Shown here: positions 58,985-64,000 of the stretch, piece after piece | Numbering within the stretch: position 1 is the stretch's first letter | Layout: every line of letters starts with the position of its first letter | Source: Sminthopsis crassicaudata | Lineage: Eukaryota | DNA length: 64,000 nucleotides | Direction of reading: 5' to 3' | Assembly (NCBI RefSeq): GCF_048593235.1 | Contig: NC_133617.1 | Span: 64,379,767 to 64,443,766 of the forward strand | The notes under the pieces: model-generated | Databases searched by the model: none | What the model saw: the letters and a program-made list of their open reading frames with translations, nothing else | What the model was told of the DNA's origin: nothing | Program-made: the position numbers and the translations under genes

Positions 58985-59115
58985 GTTTTTTTCCAGAGGC
59001 AATTGGGGTTAAGTGATTTACCCAGGATCACACAACTAGGAAATATTAAGTGTCTGTCTCAGGTCCTCATGATTTTAGGGCCAGCACTCTATCCACTACA
59101 ACACCTAGCTGTCCC
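58985..59115 (-). mobile_element. WSINE1-type SINE with a short internal deletion
   Basis: Reverse complement reads GGGACAGCTAGGTGTTGTAGTGGATAGAG..GGGTAAATCACTTAACCCCAATTGCCTC. Confidence 0.75.
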
Positions 59116-59899
59116 AAAAGTTTTTTGGTTTTGTTTTGTTTTTTAATTAAAGTTTTTGATTTTCAAAACATACATATGGATACTTTTTCAACATTGACCT
59201 CCGCAAAACCTTGTGTTCCAATTTTCTCTCACCTTTCCCCATCCCCTCCCCTAGAAGGCAAGTAATCCAACATATATTAAACATAAGTAAAAGTATATGG
59301 ACAATATATATTTAAGTAAGTATGTTAACTATGTACGAGATAAGATGCACAGAGCAGGTAGATAGTAATTTAAAAAGTAATGATAGCTGAGCTCAAGATA
59401 CCAGGAAACTAGAGATTCTAAGACACAGAGGTCAGGAGGAAGAGCATTCCAGACCTGGTAGTAGCCAGTACAAAAACAGAGATTGGAGGTAGAGCCATTA
59501 TGGCTGAAGAAGGGAGTGCACAAGTAATATAGAAGAATCAGAAGGAAATGGAAGAAGCAAGGTTGTAAAGAAATGTCATGTCAAACAGAGAAATTGATAC
59601 TGGATCTTAGAGGTAACAGGAGATCACTGGAGGTGAGTAGTGTAGTATGGTCAGACCTGCACCTTAGGAAAATCACTTAGTCCAAAGCTTTAAAAGTAGC
59701 AAGTAGAGGGGAGAGAGCTGAGGCAGTAAAACCAATCTAGAGGCTTTAGTCCTGGCTGCTCTTTAATTAAATTTTTTTAGTCTGTCACTACACCTTGCAA
59801 AGGAAAATCTCAAAGCAAGCCTCTAAGCTAAGATCTAACCTTTCCTAAGTCCAGGCATATTTAAGTGGATGTCTAGAGTTAGGCATGTACATAGATGGC

Positions 59900-61260
59900 A
59901 AGATAAGTCTTTTTCACCCAACCAACCTTAGTTCCCATATTTATTATCCACTTTTATCAACAGCAAAGCCTCATTGCTTTGGCCATCAAAAAATATCTCC
60001 AGACAAACATTCCCAAATTCCTTTGTACCATCATTGAGGATGATGCCTCTAGTGATGAGATCATTGGCTAATAATTACTTCTGGTACTGTCTCAGAGCAA
60101 ATTTCTGATCTTGTTCTCAGCAGTGTCAGGAAACTCTGAAGTGAATTGTATTTGTCACTCCTTGACCACAACCCACATAGCATGTACAAAGTTTTAAATT
60201 GAATTTCTTGCTCAGAAGGCTTTTCTATTCTCATGGTACCAGAAAATTGCCCTCCCCAATGTCTCTTTTAGAGATCAATCTTCAACTAAGCCCACAGAGG
60301 CATGTCTGAGAGACTTTCTTGCTTCTGGGCCTGATTCTTTTAAACACTGTATAAAGGAGTTCTCCCTCCAAGGTTGAGATAAACTGAAGCTGTTTGTTCT
60401 GTGATCCATATCAGGTCTCATTTCTCTCTAACACATACAAAAAACTAACATAGGCTACCTAATAATTAGAATAATAACTACCATTTGCATAGCATTTCAA
60501 GATTTATAAAGTGCTTTACAAATATTATCTCATTTTATTACCTTTGCAACAATCCTAAGGTAAAAACTGAGATTGTGACTTGTCCAAGATCACAAAGTGA
60601 GTAAATTCTGAGGTAAAATTTAAACTAATTTCTTCCTGACTCCAGATCTAATACTCTATCCACTGGATCACTTAGCCAGTTAGGGAGCTGAAAGTCCCAC
60701 AATTGAAATGGACATAAGCCTGGTCCTGTGGTCTTGTCATTTCTATTTTTCTGGTCAACCATAATGAGCCACCCTTGACAGGTAGACATTGATAGTTACA
60801 TCCATTGCATTTCCTCATGTACTAATTTTCTGATTACTGGGAGCAGTCTAGTATAGTCCATGGACTCTACAAACATTGTCCCTTGATTAGGCTCTGGATC
60901 TACAACTTTAACAAAGCATTGAAGGTCTTTTATCCCTTCTGTTGGAGGGTATCAAGAACTTCTTGTAGCTGCCTTATCATTTCTCATTGTTGCCAAACTC
61001 ATGTTCTGCCCTCTGCATTAAAAACAAGATGCCCTGGGGCTTTAGTTTCTTTGTTTTTCTGAACTAGTTCCCTGCCACTCCTGCATCAGATCCATGCAAA
61101 GTCTGATGATGAAAAATACCATAACTTTCTATATTGAGCATCTGGTGCTATTTGTCCAATAGCTGGTTTCTTTGGAGTTGCCCTTGCTTTTGTTGAGATG
61201 GGATCGTTGCTGTGGAGGGTATAGGTTCACTGCCATATGGAGGAGATTATCCCCTGTCTC
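59900..61260 (-). pseudogene. Unassigned decayed coding-like relic split by a MIR-like SINE; tentative Mononegavirales L (RdRp core) fragment
   Basis: A single frame, 61077-60680, carries W..CF-x14-DKA..RLL..K-x4-K-xx-G with L-protein-like spacing; see findings. Confidence 0.3.
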
Positions 61261-61299
61261 AATAAACCTCTGATATTAGTCTATCTTACCCCTGCCATG

Positions 61300-63560
61300 A
61301 AGAATTTAAAAAAAATAGCTTTTTATTTTCAAAATATATGCATAGATAGTTTTCAACATTCTCCTTGCAAACCTTGTGTTCCAAATTTTTCTCCTTCCCT
61401 TTCCTTCACCCCCTCCCCTAGACAGCAAGCAATCCAATACATGTTAAACATGTGCAATTCTTCTATACATATTTCCATATTTATCATGCTATACAAGAAC
61501 AATTAGATCAAAAAGGAAAAAATGAGAAAGAAAACAAAAAGCAAGCAAACAATAACAAAAAAGGGAAATACTATGTTGTGATGCATGTTTAGTCCCCACA
61601 GTCATTTTTCTGGATGCAGAATCACGTCATTGTTGAAAAGAGCAACAGCCAGCAGAATTGATCATTGATTAATATTATTGTTGCTGTGTACAATGCTCTA
61701 CTCACTTTATTTAGGTCTCTCCAGGCCTTTCTGAAATCATCCTGTTGATCGTTTCTTGTAGAAAAATAATAATATTCCATAATATTCATATACCATAACT
61801 TATCTAGCCATTTTCCACTCAGTTTTCAATTCCTTGCCACTTCAATTCCTTGCTACAAACATTTTTGCACATGGGGGTATTTTTCCCTTTTTAAAAAAAA
61901 TTTTTTATGGAAGCTTTTATTGCCAAAACATATACAAGGATAATTTTTCACCAGTGACCCTTGCAAAGCCTTGTGTACCAATTTTTCCCACTTCCTCTTA
62001 CCCCCTCCCCTAAATGGCAAGTAATCCAATATATGTTAAACATGGTAAAAATATATGTAAATCCAATATAGGCATACATATTTATACAGTTATCTTGCTG
62101 CACAAGAAAAATCAGATAAAATATTTTCCCCTTTTTAATGATCTCTTTGGGATATAGACTATCTTTGGGATAGAGACACTGCTGGATTAAAGGGTATTCA
62201 AGTTTGATAGCCCTTTGGGTATAGTTCCATATCTCTCCAGAGATCTCTCCAGATCAGTTTCCAACTCCACCAACAATATATTAGTGTCCTAGTTTTCCCA
62301 TATCCTCTCCAACATTTATTATTATATTTTCCTGTCATCTTAGCCAATCTGAGAGGTGTGTAGTAGTACCTCAGAGTTGTCTTCACTTGCATTTCTCTGA
62401 TCAATTATGCTTTAGAGCATTTTTTCATATGACTAGAAATGGTTTTAATTTCTTTATCTGAAAATTGTTCATATTCTTTGACCATTTATCAATTGGAGAA
62501 TGGCTTGTATTTTATAAATTTGAATCAATTCTCTACATATTTTAGAAATGAGATCTGTAGCAAAACCCTTGGATGTAAACCTCCCCCACATACACAGTTT
62601 CCTGCTTCCTTTTTTTTTTTTTTTTAATAGTTTTTATTTACCAGATATATGCATGGGTAATTTTACAGCATTGACACATTGACAATTGTCAAACCTTTTG
62701 TTTTAATTTTTCCCCTCCTTCGCCCCCACCCCCTCCAGATGGCAGGTTGACCAATACATGTTAAATATGATAAAGTGTAAATTAAATACAATATATGTGT
62801 ACATGTCCAAACAGTTGTTTTGATGTACAAAAAGAATCAGACTTTGAAATAGTGTACAATTAGCCTGTGAAGGAAATCAAAACTGCAGGCAGACAAAAAT
62901 AGAGGGATTGGGAATTCTATGTAGTGGTTCATAGTCATCTCCCAGAATTCTTTTGCTAGGTATAGCTGGTTCAGTTCATTACTACTCTATTGGAATTCCT
63001 GCTTCCTTTCTAATCTTATCTACATTGGTTTTGTTGGTTCAAAAATGTTTAAATTAAATATAATCAAAATTATTTATTTTGTATTTCATAATGTACTTTA
63101 GTTCTTCTTTGGCCATAAATTCTTTCCTTCTCCACAGATCTGAGAGATAGACTATCCTTTGTTCTCTTAATTTGCTTAGAGTACCACTCATTATGTCTAT
63201 TGAACCCATTTCCATCATATCTTGATATAGGATATTAGGTATTGGTCAATGCCTAGTTTCTAGCATACTATTATCCAGTTTTTCCCAGCAATTTTTGTCA
63301 AATAGTGAGTTCTTATCCTAGAAGCTGGGGTCTTTAGGTTTATCAAAAACTTGATCATTATAGTCATTAGCTATTGTATCTTGTGTACCTAACCAATTCT
63401 ATTGATCAACTACTCTTTTTCTTAGCCAATACCAAATGGTTTTGATGACCACTGAATTATAATATAATTTTAGATTTAATACAGTTAGGCCACCATTATT
63501 TGCATTTTTAAAAATTAATTCCCTTGAAATTTTTGACCTTTTGTTCTGTCATGAAGACTT
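61300..63560 (-). mobile_element. Nested L1 cluster: older L1 (ORF2 C-terminus + 3'UTR) with two younger L1 3' ends inserted (~61893-62122; 62612-62995)
   Basis: Minus ORF 62198-62404 (YYYTPLRLAKMT..CWRGYGKTRTLIYCWW) is L1 ORF2 C-terminal; the youngest insert has TSD TTCCTGCTTCCTTT at 62599 and 62996. Confidence 0.85.
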
Positions 63561-64000
63561 TTTAAGCTTAGTCCCTAAATTTTTGTCAGTACAGTCATGC
63601 TTACTAATGCCAGTCAAAGTTACTCTCCTCACCAGTTATGTCTTAGAGATTGTCTTCATGGCAAGTCCTAAGGTAAGGAATGCCCAATGAAAATATCATA
63701 GCTTTTCATATTGACATCTTTCTCACTGTACTAGTGACAAAGTAATTTATTTAACTAGGCAGCAATGGTAAAAGCTTATTAGCTTATTTCCAGGTATCTT
63801 TTTTATCTAGTATTCCCAAAGCCTCAAGACAGACATCTTTAGCTTGTCTGAAATCCTATAAAAATTATCCTGCATGATTTCTCCCCTTAAATGTGACCTA
63901 ATTTTTACTCCACAAAATAGTTCCTACAGATCACTGGGTCTTATGTGAATTTTTAAAATTAATTTTTAATCTTTTCAGTGGACAAGCATTTTTTCCTTCC

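Noticed and set aside
60900-60990. CARD-like peptide EVLDTLQQKG*KTFNALL in another frame
   Set aside because: Single short match with stops and no flanking support; it shows how easily chance motifs arise here.

Overview
Marsupial genomic DNA, most likely a dasyurid (WSINE1-type SINEs, OC1-type hAT MITEs, BovB/RTE relic). Gene order matches my recollection of human 19p13.3: TJP3 (+, 5' end outside the window), APBA3/Mint3 (-), MRPL54 (+), RAX2 (-), MATK/CHK (-). I traced all five coding structures exon by exon; GT-AG boundaries and phases are consistent. The rest is a typical marsupial repeat landscape (MIR/Mar1, WSINE1, L1, L2, CR1/L3, BovB, ERV solo LTRs, hAT MITEs). The most interesting signals are two ~1.3 kb decayed coding-like segments (35730-37035 and 59900-61260, both minus strand). 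They show colinear but weak resemblance to the L polymerase of negative-strand RNA viruses and could be endogenous viral elements; this needs a tBLASTn/HMM test. Other points: a frame-broken MATK N-terminal extension exon; a solo LTR carrying a splice acceptor and polyA signal inside MRPL54; an inverted OC1 MITE pair in TJP3; interlocking TJP3/APBA3 polyA signals; retinal homeodomain-site clusters around RAX2. Family names and reference-protein comparisons are from memory; no database searches were run.
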